Source of the DNA: Raillietiella orientalis
Taxonomy: Eukaryota
Reading direction: 5' to 3'
Length of the DNA: 64,000 nucleotides
Assembly (NCBI GenBank): GCA_036172245.1
Contig: JAYWIR010000034.1
Coordinates: forward strand, 1,798,001 to 1,862,000
Numbering within the stretch: the first letter of the stretch is position 1; the number at the start of each line of letters is the position of its first letter. The notes beneath the pieces were generated by a model. The model did no database searches, was not told where the DNA came from, and saw only the letters and a list, made by a program, of their open reading frames with translations. The position numbers were made by a program, and so were the translations under genes. Positions 1 to 13,700 of this stretch are shown piece after piece.

Positions 1-33
1 GACGCCGCGTCACTGTCCCGCGTCGCTCTTTAA

Positions 34-700
34 TCACGAAAGCTGCCAGAGGGGAGTCAAAAAAGGGAAGGAAAGGCGGCGGGGAGGCCCTCCCTCGCAT
101 CCCCGGCCGCACGGACCGCGACCGCGACGATCGATGAGGAGCAGACCCGCGTCCAGAGAGCAGCCTGGCCAGCTGGCGCGCGCGCCCGGCGAGGGGGATA
201 GCGCACGCCCGCGGTCGCCGCGATGGCGAGGAGCAGCTGCACGCTGAAGAGCGCACACACGAGGCGGGAGTTTGGGGGGGCACTCCGGCGCCCACGCCCA
301 CGCCCCGCCAAGCCACGGCCTCCGGTGACCTCTGCTCACCGAGAGACCCCTTCCGGAGCTGGAGCCAGCAACTTAAGGAGAAGGGAAGGGGAAGGGGGAA
401 GGGACGGACGACGGTTCCCAAGTGGGACCCCCCAGGTCCGACCAGGAGACGTTACGTTCCTAGACGAGCCGACGTGCCCTCCCTGGGAGGAGCGGGGAAG
501 CTGCAGCGAGTCTCTCCGTCCGCCTCCCCCTCTCCAGCCCCGAGTGCGCCCTCTCAGGACCAAGGAAGGGGGATGTCCGCGCCGAGATCGCGGCTCGACT
601 CGAATGTTCTGGCAACCGTGCTCACGTCCCCGGTGCAGCCGCACTCACCCTAGGCTCGCCACGAAGTCAGGCGCTCTTTCCTCCCCCTCGGTCCGTCTCC
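34..700 (-). other. Probable 3' end of a spliced minus-strand transcript (reading frame unresolved)
   Basis: A series of minus-strand donor/acceptor pairs delimits small exons at about 500-455, 371-340, 243-207 and 42 onward, with ATTAAA at 28-33. More than one frame stays open, so no product is called. Confidence 0.25.
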
Positions 701-3700
701 ACAGGTCCGCCACCCGGCGGGCCGCGTCGGTCAGGCCCCAGGAAGAGCAGCGGCCGGAAGAATCGATCGACACCCGCCAGATGGCAGAAGGGGAGAGCGG
801 CAGCGGCGGTCTGCATGCTACCAGCCTCCGCGTTTGCGCAGGGCGTGGCCGTGGCGCTCTTCGAGTCCCCCGGAGCCGTGGGCTCGAAGAGCCGGCGGGA
901 AGGCAGGCCGCTTGATTCCTTCCGGGACATCGAGTGCGTGCGCGCCTTCCACCTGGAGTAGCCCGGGGCGGTGGGCGGCCTCTCGACTTCCGGCCTCTCC
1001 GGGTGGCGGCGCGCCCTCGGTGAGGCGGTTCACCAGGGGTTATATGGGGGAAGATGTGCGGCGCATCCTCCCTGCAAACACAGGTGGTGGTGGGGAGGCG
1101 TCGCAGGAGGGGCGCGAGGTGTCAACTGCCTCCGGCGCGCGTGCGCATCCCCTTTCGAAAGAGGGACCGCCGGAAGACGTCGACGGCTCCCCCAACCCAG
1201 TGGGCGTCGCTCCTGGCGAGGGCGTGCCGGGCTTGAAGAGCCAGGGATCTCCCCCTTCCCTTCCCCTCCCCGAGTCAACAGACGGCCCGGACCGCGGATC
1301 GATCAAACGTCGGGGACGCTGCGCGTTTGGACGGCAGCGCCCGACCCTCCCGCGGGCAGAGGAGACGGACAGGGAAAGGGGAAAGCGATGTCTCTCGGCA
1401 GGCCCATCGAGATTTCGCGGGGAGGGCGAGGTGCACCGTGGGGCGGCGGCCACCCCGGCCGAACGCTGCCAACTTTTGGCAGCCCCTTTGTCCCACGTCG
1501 CTCCCGCCCACATCGGCCCTCTCCCCTCTTCCCGAAGCCACGGGGGCGAACGCGGAGGACCCGTGCGAGAAGCGCCCGCCCGAAAAGCCCATCCCCGTGA
1601 CGACGGCCGCGCCGAGGAGGACGCGCGCAGGAGCGACTGCCTCGAAGAACACACCCTGAGAAGAGAGACGCTCCGCCCAGCACCGGCACGCGGGATTGTC
1701 TTTTTTTTCCATCTGGAGGGGGAAAAGGAGGGGGAGAGACTCCTGGTACAGAGTATAGGGGGGCGACGAGTTTTTCCCACACGAGACGAAGCGGTCGGCA
1801 ACGAAGCACCCGTAACCACGGCAACCGGCGGAGACCTCGACGGCCGCGATTGTCGAGCCGCGAGCGGAACAATCGGCGGAAACCGGAAACGAGTCCTCTG
1901 GTCGAGGAGAAGGGAGAGACGGGGGTGGGGGTAAGGGTGCGTGTGTGTGTATGTGGGGATCAGGGGGGACGTCGCTAACTGCCGCAAAAGGTTCGGTCCA
2001 CCCGTTCGGAGCCCGCGCACTCCCATCCGGTTCCAGGCCAACCCCGCCACAGGGGGGAGAGGAGGGATCGAAGCGGCTGCTGCCTGCCCTCTGGGGTCCG
2101 CACCCCGCTGACCCGCAGATAATGCTCGCAGAATCCCCGTCTGGCGAGCGCGGCGAGGAAGAGCAGGTACGGAAGGAATGAAAGGACGGGAACAGCGGAG
2201 TGCGCGCGCGCGCACCCCTCCATCCCCTTTCCCGCCCACGCAACCGTAAGATCCCAGCGAACACACACAAGCGTTCCTGAGGGGGAGGAATCACGCTATC
2301 CTGCTGCAGCCTCCGCCGGCGAGCCCCGGGAGCGTCGGCGGCGTGTCCCCGTTGCCCGGCAAAGGGGAAGCAGGGAGGAGCACACGCACACAGGAAAAAA
2401 GAAAGTCCTTACTTTTAGCTGCAGGAGACTCGGGGCATGGCTGCAGGGGGGTTTCACTGTCACGGAGCAGGGTCGGAGGAGAGCAGGACCCCGGGGAGCA
2501 CCATCCCGTGTCTTTCTCAGTCACCGGCACCGCCACCGGACGCACGCACGCCCGGGGCGGTCGAGCGGGGGAAGGCCGCTCGCTGCACTCGGCCGCCGGC
2601 GAACGGTCATTCGGGCAGAGCGGGGGGGGGTCCGCTTGTCGCGGGCCGGGAAGGGGTTCCACCCGGGGTGCACGCCGGGCCGAGGCCTCCCGGATCCCGT
2701 GGCTCCCGAGGCTCGGTCGGCTGTTTCGGGAGTCGGGCGCGGGCGGGCGCACAGACTCGCTCGCGCTCAGTACTCGCGCGCCCGGCTCTCTAGCGCGCAC
2801 CACCTCCGCGCTTCACCAGGCCGCACTGAGAGCTCGCGTGCTCCTCGCTCCGGCGTTTCCGCTCGCCGCGTGACGACGGGGTGACGTCACCAGGCGTGGA
2901 GCGGCTCGAAAGAAGCCGCGAAAAAACGAGACGGCGCGAGCGGGGCGCGCTTCAGACGCACGCACGCACCAGTGCGCCCTCGCGGGGTCCGGTCAAGCGG
3001 GCCCCGGGAGGTCACGCCCCTCTCAACCATCCCTCCCTTTGAGAGCTGAGTTGAGAGAGCTGTTTGCTGAAGGGCGCCGCCACAGCAGCTGCTCTCCCTC
3101 TCGGGAAGCCGAGGCGGACCCTCCGCCGGCCCGAGCTGCTGTCGGCGCGACCGGCAAGCGGTGGGCCCGGACGCCACTACCCTCCCGAAAGGCGGGCAGA
3201 CACGCGCGCGCGTGGCGCGGCCTCCGGATGGCCCCAGGGCGACCCTCTCCCGCTCTCAGAGTGGAGAAGGCAGGGGAGGGAGAAGGGTTTCCACGGAGAC
3301 GGATCCCGGCCCCATCCTCATCGCGGCCAGCCCGCCACCTCTGGAGGCAGCTCCCGCCCTCGGCCTTCCCGACTTCCAAAAGGCGGGGCTTCCTGGGAAA
3401 CCGCGGGTCCTTCGGAGGGGGGGGGGTCTATTCACGGGTCTGGGTCTCCAGCGCCCCTTCCACAAATTCTTCGCCCGCGCAGGATCACCTGCGAGGCCGC
3501 CTTTGGACTCTGCCCCTGTCCCCGTCAGCAGCGCTGGCCGGCGGGAAGGGGGTCGGCGCGCTGCTCGGCCATCTGGCAGGGATGCAGCGGGACTGCCCTT
3601 CAGATGCTGCTAGGGAGTCCCTGGGCTGGTGCGGATGAGGGCGCGCGCCTGTCCCGCTCGTCAAGGTGGGCACCGCCCTTCCTACGAATCCCTGGATGAC

Positions 3701-5232
3701 GAAGGAGCTCCTGCCTCATCTAGCGGAGTCTCGAATTTCGCAGGGTGGCGCGCTGCTCCTGGAGAAGGAGAGAGAAAAAGGGGGGGGTCGGAGAAGGTAA
3801 AATGAAAAAAGAGCAAGTGGAAGGAGGAACTTCACCCAGACGCACCGGTGAGGATCCCACAGGAACGAAGAGGAGCAGGCGCATGGGTTTCTCTCTACCC
3901 CACTTTCCGCCCTACCCAGTCACCGCAGACAGCCCACCGCCTCACCTGTCTCGTGTCGGTCATACGTGTAGCCGGTCCAGCTGTTTCGCCTGTCTTCCCA
4001 GCGCCCTCTTCCGGTAAAAAGGAAAGGTGTGGGAGCTTCTCCTGAGAGCCATCAGAAGTCCTTACAGGCGGACCGGGAGCTTCCCGAGAGGTCTGCAAGA
4101 AAAGCCAGCGGGCAGCATGTTCTCCAGAAAAAGTCAATCAAGAGGTCGCTCCCGGGAGTAGCCCCGCCTAATTCTTCTCTTCACGGGGTGGATGCTGAGA
4201 GGCACGGAAAGGGAGGTCACCCGCGAAGCTGCACGCATGGGACTTACTACATTCTACTCCATAGGGGAAGAAGGAAGCAAGGAAGGGGGTGCACCCCTTC
4301 CTTCCTTCCTTCTTCCCGTGTGGAGAAAGTGAAAAACAAGGAACGTTGGTTTCCCCAAGAGAGGTGGTACTCGTGTCGGCATGCAAGCTGAAGTGTGGGG
4401 GGGGGAGAGGAACAATGGAAGCAATGGGAACGATCATCTCCCGGAGGGTGCCTCTCTCCTGCAGTGAAGGAGAGGCAAGGGAGCGGCAGCCCGTTCCAGA
4501 GGCCCTCCGGAAGGGTCCTCGATCTCCTTCCCTTGCTCTTTTTCTGTCCAGACTGGGGTCATGGCACCTCGCTCTCTCACACACAGGTTTCTGCTGACTT
4601 GGTCCAGCGTCTCCCCACAGGGATCTCTCACACCCCTTCTCGCTCGTTCGGCTCCGTGCTTTTCTCCTCATGGCTCATGGACGACAGCCATCGATTGAGA
4701 GGAAGAGCCGCTCGGCACGAGAGCGCCATCTCCGAGCACTGCCGTGACTCAGCTATTCACTTTCTCGTCCCTACCAGATGCCAAGAGATTGGTCAGTTCT
4801 CCAAAGGTCTTTTGGCGCGCTACAAGCAGGTCTCCGTGGGTTCCCTCCGTGGCAGATGACGGAGAAGAAGCATCGGAAAATCCTGCAACGGGCGCCGGGC
4901 TTGCGAGAGCTTAGCGCCGGCGGGAGGGTCAGGGCACTCCGGTCTGCAGAACCGACCTCCCGCAATCAGAGGCGTCCTCCCCTGCAGCTCGTCTCCCTCC
5001 CCCTCCCCAGAACTCCGCTTTTGCCCCTGCAGCCCCCTCTCGATTGCTCCCTGGACGAGCACAGACGATCGTTCTCGGACGTCTTGTGGGGTCCGCCCTC
5101 CAGAGCTCCAGAGACGAACCGGACGAGCCCTTCTTCCGGGAGGGAGGAGATCACCCCTCGCTCCCTTTATTCCTCAGTTCCTCCCTCGGGCTGAAGGAGG
5201 TGGGCAAGGGTCCGGGTTCGAACCATGGGGGG

Positions 5233-7291
5233 TCACGAGTCGCCGACGAGCTCCAGAAGCGGCTTGACCTTCCTCAGGCGCTCCACCTGCCGGCGGAGCG
5301 CAGCCTCCTCCCTGGCCAGGGCCTCTTCCCGCGCTTGCCCCTCGTCTCGAGCTCGCTCGCACGCCGCCAGGTCACGTTCCGCTTCGCCCGTCCTCGACAG
5401 CAGTTCCGTGACCCTCGCGTCCGTCCTGCGAAGCTGCACCTCCTCCTCGCGGGCCTGAGGAGAAATGGGCAGGGTTGCTGGCCCCACCCCCGCCTGCAGG
5501 AAGGCGTGACAGAAGGGGAGCTCACCCGCTCCTCTAGCATCCCGACGTCCTCCTGCAGCAGCAGGCGAGCCGACTTCCAAGATTCCAGCTGCAAGGACAA
5601 AACAGACGAGGTCACCGCGACCGCGCCCCCTGGGACGGGGGTGACCTGCGGACCTCCGTGGCGTTCCGGTGCAGCTCGGCCTCCACCGCGCGCAGCATCC
5701 AACGCTCCTGGAGCACCTATAAGAGAAGACCGGAAGGACGACTCCCCACCTCCACCCCGGGGGTGCCCACTCCTCCTCCAGAGCGATGTTGCCCTGCAAC
5801 GCGACTCCGTCTCGCTCCCGCGAGGCATGCCAGTGAACGGGAGCAGGAGCGGTCCGGGGAGACGGACAATGAACAGGGATAGGTGGGTTGGACGGAGGTT
5901 GCATGTAGCCGAAAGGCAGAAAGCAGAGCAGCGGGGGACGAATGGGGGTAAAGAGGAGAGGGAATGCCCAGCGACGGGCGGATCGCGAGTCAACCTGGAA
6001 GAAGCCGGAACTGACCTTCGTCTTGACCTCCCTGAGCTCCTCCTCGAGGAGCCTGTTGGTCTGCTGTTCCGCCGCAAGCTGCAAGAGGGAAAAACGCCAG
6101 TGAGTGGCTGGGAGAAGGAGCACTCTGCCCCTTCTCCACGGATGGGGAAGGCAAGGGCACAGTCCTTCTAGGCAGAGGGTGGCCCCTCCAAGCCTCGAGG
6201 ACTTCCTCCCGGGTCAGGCGATTCCCCGGTCCTTCCGTCAGGCGTGGAGGAATGCGTCTCCCGTCCCCCGCCCCGAGGGGGCGGACAATTCCTCGTCCAT
6301 CTTCCTCCTTCCCTTCCCCCGGTCCCACTGACCTGCTCCCGCAGCCCCTCCAGCTGGTTCTCCAGGGCCGTCGCGGCGGAGGCGAGGTCCGACGACCTCC
6401 CGGCGTCCCCGAAACCCTGGAATTCCAGTTCCTGGACCTACAGACAAATAGAGGGGAGTCAGCGGGGGGTCTCCCTGCCCTGCTGGCCAGGCGATCGTTC
6501 CCACGCTGCAGGTCGTCACTCTTCGTCCTCAGCGTTGCCAGCAGCCCCTCCTCCTCCCTCAAAGACTGCAGGGTTACCAGGATCTACGGAATAGGGCGCT
6601 CCCATCGGGGAGGGCCGCGACGGACGCGGACAGCGACGGAAGGAGGGGCCCGGGCGCGCGCGCGCGCGCTGCCGTTTTCTTCCGGACTTCTTGGAGTCTG
6701 CCGGATGGGCCGAGGTCCTCTCTGCCTTGCTGCTCCCTCGCGCGATCTTCGAGTCCTCGCATGGCCCCCTGGCGCGCGAATCGGGAAGCCCCCAGGCAGT
6801 CGGCGCCTCCTCTCGGATGGTGGCGACGTCCCTACGACTACGGCGCGTGCGCGCCCGAGTCCGCTCCTCCGCCTCGCCGGGACGGGCCCTCGAGGCCCAA
6901 GGTTCACCTGAGACCGGAGAGCCAGCAGCATCCGCTCCTCCTCGGTCCGACTCTCCAGCGCGCCCCTCTGGGCCCTCGGCTCCTCCTTGCTGACCTGAAA
7001 GCACGCCCAGGCGAGGAGTCGCCGAGTTGCCACGGCGATGCTCCCTGCGAACCACCTGCAGGAGCACCTTCCGCGAAGCGCCGGAGAGCCCCTAGTCGCT
7101 CGGCGTAAGGAGGGGGGCAGGAACGAAGAGTGGAGGGATGCGGCTTACGCGGGCGCATGCCACTTCCGCCTTGAGTGGTTGCCCCTAGGCAGGCAGTTCG
7201 AACAGCGCCCGAGGAGGGCGGCCCTCCTGGAAGAAGCACTCCATACCCTGTATAGGTCAATTTCGGTGGTGCGCGCTCGAGGGAGGGTCAG
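5233..7291 (-). CDS. Uncharacterised coiled-coil protein from small phase-0 exons (start codon and true 3' end not resolved)
   Basis: Candidate exons 7291-7247, 7184-7149, 7091-7056, 6994-6908, 6768-6688, 6565-6479, 6437-6333, 6078-6016, 5716-5654, 5588-5526 and 5454-5233, each a multiple of 3 with AG acceptors. The translation is heptad-like (SLREEEGLLATLRTKSDDLQRGNDRLASR / VQELEFQ..ALENQLEGLREQ / LAAEQQTNRLLEEELREVKTK / AREEEVQLRRTDARVTELL). The three most 5' exons are weaker. Further exon-like pieces near 4775-5190 may extend the gene 3'. Confidence 0.6.
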
Positions 7292-9973
7292 CTGGACAAC
7301 GCAGAGGGCTGGAGAATGCCTCGTACTATTGGGGCTGGTCCGCTGGTCTCCGCTACGATACCGGAGCAGCAGCACGATCAGCGGCCCTCCTGGCGAAGAC
7401 CCTCGGTCAGCTGCGCTCCCGCGCTCTCGAGCATCACTCTGACGTGGTCCCCCACGAGACCCTATCAAAGACCGAACTCCTCCCCTCCACGGCATGGACC
7501 TGCGCCACGAAGACGGCGGCTGCGCGCCCCATCAGCCGGAGTTCCCGTCAGCACTGGAGCCTGCGTGGCTCCTGGAGCATTCCTAAAGACCTATCGAAAG
7601 TCCATCCGCCACCTCTCCTCCTCATACACTCCCCTACCCTCTCGTTGCTCCGCTGACCCCCATCCTTAGCGCCGCCCACCTCCTCCTCCACTCGTCGTCC
7701 ACGTACCCATTCTGAGGCCAGAACTCCCGCCTCGTGCCAGCGCGACCTCGCCCCGGGCTACTCACTGACTCCTCCGTGCGCTCACTCGCTGCCCGGTGTC
7801 CCTCCACTGCAGCTGCCTCCCCGCCTTCCCTCGAGGAGGACTCTGACGCGGACGCTGTCCAGGACGATGCCCGCACGGTGGCGCCGTCCGAGGCAGCGGA
7901 CGCCCGAACTGCAGGCGGCTCTTTTTCGGCTGCTTCTCGCCAGGTGCCGCCGGTGGGCGCGGCAGCAGCAGGAGCGGTCCACGAGCTGCTGGAGCCGCCG
8001 TCGGACTCCTGGCTCCGGAGGCGCCCGAGTTCGGCACAGGAGGATACGCTCCCCTCCCGCCACCGGACCTCAAGGAGAGAACTCGTGGAGGTGTCGGGGA
8101 GCAAGAGGGAGAACCGCGACTCCTCGGCGGGGCAGTGCCGGGAAGGGCGGGACGACGCCCGGCGGGTCCCCCCGCCCCGGGCGAGCAGTTCCCGGGTGCA
8201 GGGGAACGGCCGGGATGAGGCATCCCAGCAGCAAAACGGGGGGAAGGTCCCACCGCAGCGAGGGCGGCACCGGGCTCTCTCCCTTGCAGGAGCGGAGGGG
8301 TTCTCCGTAACCCCCGGTTCGACAGGCGCCCGCAGGGCTTTCTCCGGGGCGGCGGCGGATCCAGGAGAGGACGGGGTGGCGAATTCATCCTGGAAGGGAG
8401 GCTGATGTCTTTGGAGGGCGTGGAAGGACCGTCACCTAGGGCTAAGGACGCGCTGGGACCGACCCCCCGCGAGGAGACACTCGTCTCGTCCTTGTCTCCA
8501 CCTCCGCACTGTCCCGTGACCAGGGAGCGTCTGGGGTGACTATGACCCGCACCACCTTCCTCCCCCGGCGCGTGCTGCCGCCCCCCGTCTCCCCGAAGCC
8601 CCATGCCCTACGAAACGCTCGCGGCTGCTGCAAGCTGCCCGGCCCCCGGCATCGCCCACTTGTTAAGGCCCGTCCCAAAGAGCGGCGGCAAACCTGAGGG
8701 ATGCAGCTCCTCCTGCTGCTACTTCGCGTCCACCTGCCCGCTTGCTCGCGTTGCTTAAGGGGAGGGCACCGAGAAACGCCAGGGACCGCGACGAGCGGAG
8801 CGCAAGTCCTGCTTCTTGCAGCCGCGTCTTCGCCGGGGAAGCGGCGAGACGCCGCCAACGCTGGGGGTTTGGGTCGTGCGGTGCCGCCACGAGTGCGCCA
8901 GCAGCACCGGACAGCGGTGCCTCTGGCCTGCCACACACCCCCCACTGTCCTCCGAAAAGGGAAAAAAAGAAAAGCGAAAGCGTGACCTATCCTGGTCAAG
9001 TGGAGTGCAGAACCTGCCCTCCGTCCCCGGAACGCACAAGGGAGGGTACGGTTTCGACAGGACTCCGACGGAGGCGGGGGAGGAGTCCTTCGGTGCGTCC
9101 CAGGCGGTTCCTCCAGCAAAGGCGACCGAAGGCCTCTCGTTGCAGCTGCGAGCAGATCCCATCCGATGGACGTACGGAGCCCCTCTCCCATGCGTGGTCT
9201 TCTCTCTTTCTCCCCGAGATGGCGGTGGGCGCGCACCTCATGATGCGAGCTGTCAGTCCTGCAGCCCCGCGAAGCTACGCCTGTGCCCTCTCTTGAGCAG
9301 CGGAAGAAACAACGGCATCTTCCCGCGCCTGGTGGAGAGAGCTCTGCAAGCAGAAGCCCTGGAATGCCTGCGACTTTTGGAAGAGGGCACCATCAGGACG
9401 ACATGACGAGCTTAAAAAATGCTCGCCTTTCCTCCCTGCCACCCCACCCACGCCGTGGAGGACAAGGCGCCGCCGGAAAGGGCGAGGGTCGAAGAAGCAC
9501 GGGGTCACGAGCAAGGCTGGAAGGAGAGACTCGGGTAGGGGCGTAGATCGAAAGCCCCGCATCGGTCGTTCAGAGGGGAGGCGGAGGGAGTGGACGCGGA
9601 GGGAGGGGGAAGGGAGAGAAGCGGCAGCCCCTGCGCGGCTGTCCGAGAAGCAGGCGCCTTTTTCAGCCAGCGGGGAATGCTTGGGAGGTTCCGGGGGAAA
9701 CCGACCGAGGGAGGAAGAGCAGAGGAATAGAGGGCACAAGGGCCTTCCGAACTCGGCGAAGTGTGGAGGGAAAGCGCCTCCGAGGAAACGAGGGGGGCCA
9801 GAGAAGTCCACTCCGAGTTCACCCGGAAGAGGCAGGGGAGGATGGCGGCGACGGCAGCAGCAGCAAAGGCGCAGATGAAGGCTGCGACTTCATGGAGAGG
9901 ACACGCCAAAGAGGTCAAGGAGCACAAGGCATCAAGATGTCACTCTGCTGGACTCCCCCTCCCCTTTGCCTGG

Positions 9974-10748
9974 TCACGGTGCAAATGGGAATGTGAGTGA
10001 GCGCGTGGGCGGCCCCTCCGGCCCCAAGAAAGCCGCGAAACGCGGCGTGCCCGAAGGGTCCGGAGATCCCCCTGGACCCGTTCGCAGCGGCCCTGCCAGC
10101 TGCAAACGGGGTCCTTCGGGTGCGCAGCTGCACGAAGGCGCGAGGACGCTCTCCGCCTCCTCATCCAGCAGCCCCAGCAACCTTCTGCCGGCCACCCAGG
10201 CGCCGCGTCCCACTGCGGGGGAATGGATGTGCGAAAAGAGGGGTGGGGGGAAGCGCGCGGAGCCTCCAGGTCGCGGCAAGTCGAGGAGCGGCCGCACCAT
10301 CTGTCCCGCACGGGACTACCACACGCTGCGCTGGCGCCCCCATGAGAGCCTCCGGACGCGGGGCGCTCGGGGCTCCCCAAACCCCGTCGAACTCTCTCTC
10401 TCGAGAGCCCTTTCCCCCCCCCCCTGCCGCTCCTGGTTCGCGCTCCACGTGCCCGAAGAACAAAAGGGATGCGAAAGGAGAACGGGAGGAAGACTTACTT
10501 CCGGCCTCCACTGCGCGGAGTCCTCTCTGAAGACCCGCTGCTTGAATGTGCAGCTCCACTCGTTCGAGATTGACGCCCTGGAGTGCCAGTTGGTGCTGCA
10601 GCAGCACCGCTTCGTCTCGAGGAAGAGACTCGTCCTGGATGGCTTCGGACGAGAATGGCGATTCATGGTGCGAGGAGGCTCGGGAAGGGAAGGAAAGCCT
10701 TTCCTCGCGTGCTGGAAACCTTCCGGCGTGCCTCGATTCCGTTTCCAT
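9974..10748 (-). CDS. Candidate two-exon orphan gene
   Basis: An ATG-initiated exon 10748-10499 (..DEAVLLQHQLALQGVNLERVELHIQAAGLQRGLRAVEAG) ends at a perfect gtaagt donor. It is phase-compatible with the ttcccccgcag acceptor before 10212, which gives MGRGAWVAGRRLLGLLDEEAESVL... to the stop at 9974. No homology recognised. Confidence 0.3.
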
Positions 10749-13700
10749 GGTTTCCTCAGGCCTCCCAAACTCGAGGCGGCAGTCCTGGAAGGAGGTCTTC
10801 GCAGCTCTTGAAGGCTTCCGGCACCCTCAACCTGAGGGCAGACGGACGTCCAAGGCTGCCTGCTCTCGCAAGGGCAACCGGAAGCGCGACCTTCGACAAG
10901 GAGAAGCAGCAGAAACAACAACAACAGCAAAAAAAAAACGTTTGGATTTCTTGCGTGATTCGTCAGGCAGGTGCCTCTAGCGGCTCTTCTGCCAAGCAAC
11001 CAGCAAGCGGGCCGAGGTGCCTCGAGGACATACGGCGATGGCGCCATCCGGGCGGCACGAAGGCAGAGGCACGGAGAGGACGTCTCCCTAGCTCCGTCCA
11101 GACAACGGAGGCGGGTCCCTGGGAGGAGAGAGGCACTCTAAAGGGACGCCCTCCGCCGCCGGGAAGAGTTTGAGGACCCCTCCCGGCGCGAGGGATTCTT
11201 CCTCGAACAAAGGCGGCGCCTGCCGGCCTCACACCGGATCATTCCGTCAGCCAGCGGGCACGGTCGCTCGCCTGGGCATCGAGGCACAGCCGCCATGCCA
11301 TCCTCCCCCTCCCTCCCTCCATCCTCCCGGAAAGGAAGATTCCCAGCGGAGCGCAGAAGCTCCGGGATCGCGACCATCCAGCGCCTTGGAACGGATCCAC
11401 GAGCAGGGAAGTCGACGCGGGTGCGGCACCGGAGCGCCTTCTTTCCCCACCCCCTCCCCCTCTGGAGAGGCTGAACGCAGCAGCGTTCTATTTAAGGGAA
11501 TTTGAGGATCGGAGCTCTCGCTGGTTGCAAGTGTTCCCGGAATTTCGGTGGTGCTCCCTTCGGCTTGCCGCGACTTCCCGGTTTCGGATCCGCTTTCGTC
11601 GTTCCGCTCCTCTCCTCCAAGAGCGTTCCTCTAGGGAAAGAATCCCTGGATCGAAAACATGGCGCCGCGCCAATTCGGGAACCGCGAGGCAGACAGCGCC
11701 CGACCCAAAGCCGCCTTCGCCAAGTTAGGATGCGTCGAGGATCCATCAGCTCATCATCCGGGGATGATCCCGTCCCGCGAGGCAGGGAATTTTCGCGCGA
11801 GGGTTCCTTCGACCGGAAAAGCCGGCCCGCTCGGGGGAGGGTTCCGGCTCACGCGAAGACGACGAGCACCGCGTCCCGCTGCGGCTGCCGTGCCAGCCAG
11901 CCGCAGGCACCGGTTCGTTTCCTCTCTGGCACGCCCGCCCCGCACCGAGCATCAGTCAGGCGGTTCGCCTTTGGCCGGCGCTCGGCTCAGGGAAGGATCC
12001 GCAGAATCCCCGCCGTGAAAGCAGCTGCGAAAGGGGAGACCGTTGTTCTCCCTGACGGCTGCGTGACGTCCCCGAAGGACAACTGGAATACGAGACCCAC
12101 CCTAGTAGGCATCACCCTGGAGTTGTGCAGCAGTAATGCAAGTCAACTGGTGAATCTGCGTGCCGCCACAAAGTGTGGCGGTACGCAGATTCCGTCAGAT
12201 GAAGCGAATTGCCTGCTGGACCGCTTAAAAACAAGAGGAATCGCCGACCTTCACTTCTTCGGACTATGGAAGCGGAGGAACGGAGCATCCTTGTGTACGA
12301 AAAGCCTTTCGTTTCCATAAATTCCGTAGCAAAGCACGCTTGCCTCTTCGCACAACCCGTGGACAAGAAGCAGAAAGCTGGGCTCGATCCGAGTTCCCTT
12401 GGAAACGCAGTTGGATTTGTGAGAACAGAACGTGGACCGTGGCATCACTTTTGCTGTCGACGGGGCACCTCGTTCCGTTTCCGCGGGCAGCCGCTGTTGT
12501 GCGTTCCCCTCGATGGGGAAGACACGCAGACACGAAGATGGCTACACTGATGGCGCATTTGAACAAATACAACTTTTCATCCACGAAAAGTAGTGCTTCT
12601 CGCGCGCATCGAATCTGTAATGTGGCCATCGGTCAGAATGATTTCCCGACGAACCACCAGCTCTTCGACTGAAGCAAAGGAGAGTAGAGATCAGCTTAAT
12701 AGCCCACATAATTTTCACATTACTCCAAACACATCGCGGGGGTTCTAGTAATGTACACAACGCTCTTAATAGCTCGGGGTTCTTGCGAACGTTTGTATCA
12801 TTCAATAGCCGATTTCTCAGATTTGTCCATAAACATCACTTCCGGACTCTGGCATTGCAATTGGATTTTCCCATCCACAAGTGATGCTCCCTTCTGCCTC
12901 CTTTTCGGAACCTTGCCGCATTCTGCAGTTCGTAACCAGAACGACTGATTACTGACTGTTTACTGAAATGCAGAGTGTGGTGTTTACAAGAAAGATGGTG
13001 TCAATTAGGGTGTCAGCCACGATGGGCTGAAAGAGGAAGAAGGAAAAAAAATTGTCGTGCAATGCAATAAGGCTTAGCTTTGAATAATTTCTCTCTTCCT
13101 TTCCTTTTTATCCACAGCACTTGATCGATTTATGTTTGATTCCCGACAACTAATTCTTGGTGATACCATCAAACATTTCAGTCGCCAAACATTTGTTTTC
13201 TTGATCGACGCCAAAGCGACCAACACTCTCCTTGGAGAGAGGCATTGAGGTTCTTTCGAAAAGTCTGCTTTCGCAACACTCTGGTGATGACAACGCGCAA
13301 GTCACAACACATATGTTTGGTGCACGGTCTTCAACATGCTCGCCACCCGGGTGTTCCTTTTCAGTTGCACGGATCCTGCGTGATGCTTACCAATGCACCT
13401 CTATTCTTGGAATGGACGTTTACGTATTCTGGGATGATACCGCATCTTAAATCAATAAATAATGTTAAACACCATAGACGTCTTCGAACACTCTACTTCT
13501 TAGACGGAATGGCTACGACCTAATACTGGCATTGCTTAGTTTAGAGTGTTTTCAAACCATACGCTGAAGCAGAGATAGAAAGTGATAGAAGCAGTCTCGT
13601 GCAACAACGCAAAGCAAGCAGTTATTCCTGTAAGGCATGTGCAATGAAGAGGTCACTTCTCAACGGAAGCCAAAGCCATGCGGGTCAAAATTTGGAACCT

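Noticed and set aside
834..2266. Long overlapping ORFs on both strands (366, 408 and 339 aa), and similar ones at 24926-26092, 41191-42426, 56524-57726 and 61021-62130
   Set aside because: R/P/G/A/S-rich translations with no domain, open in several frames at once. This is expected in ~70% GC DNA.
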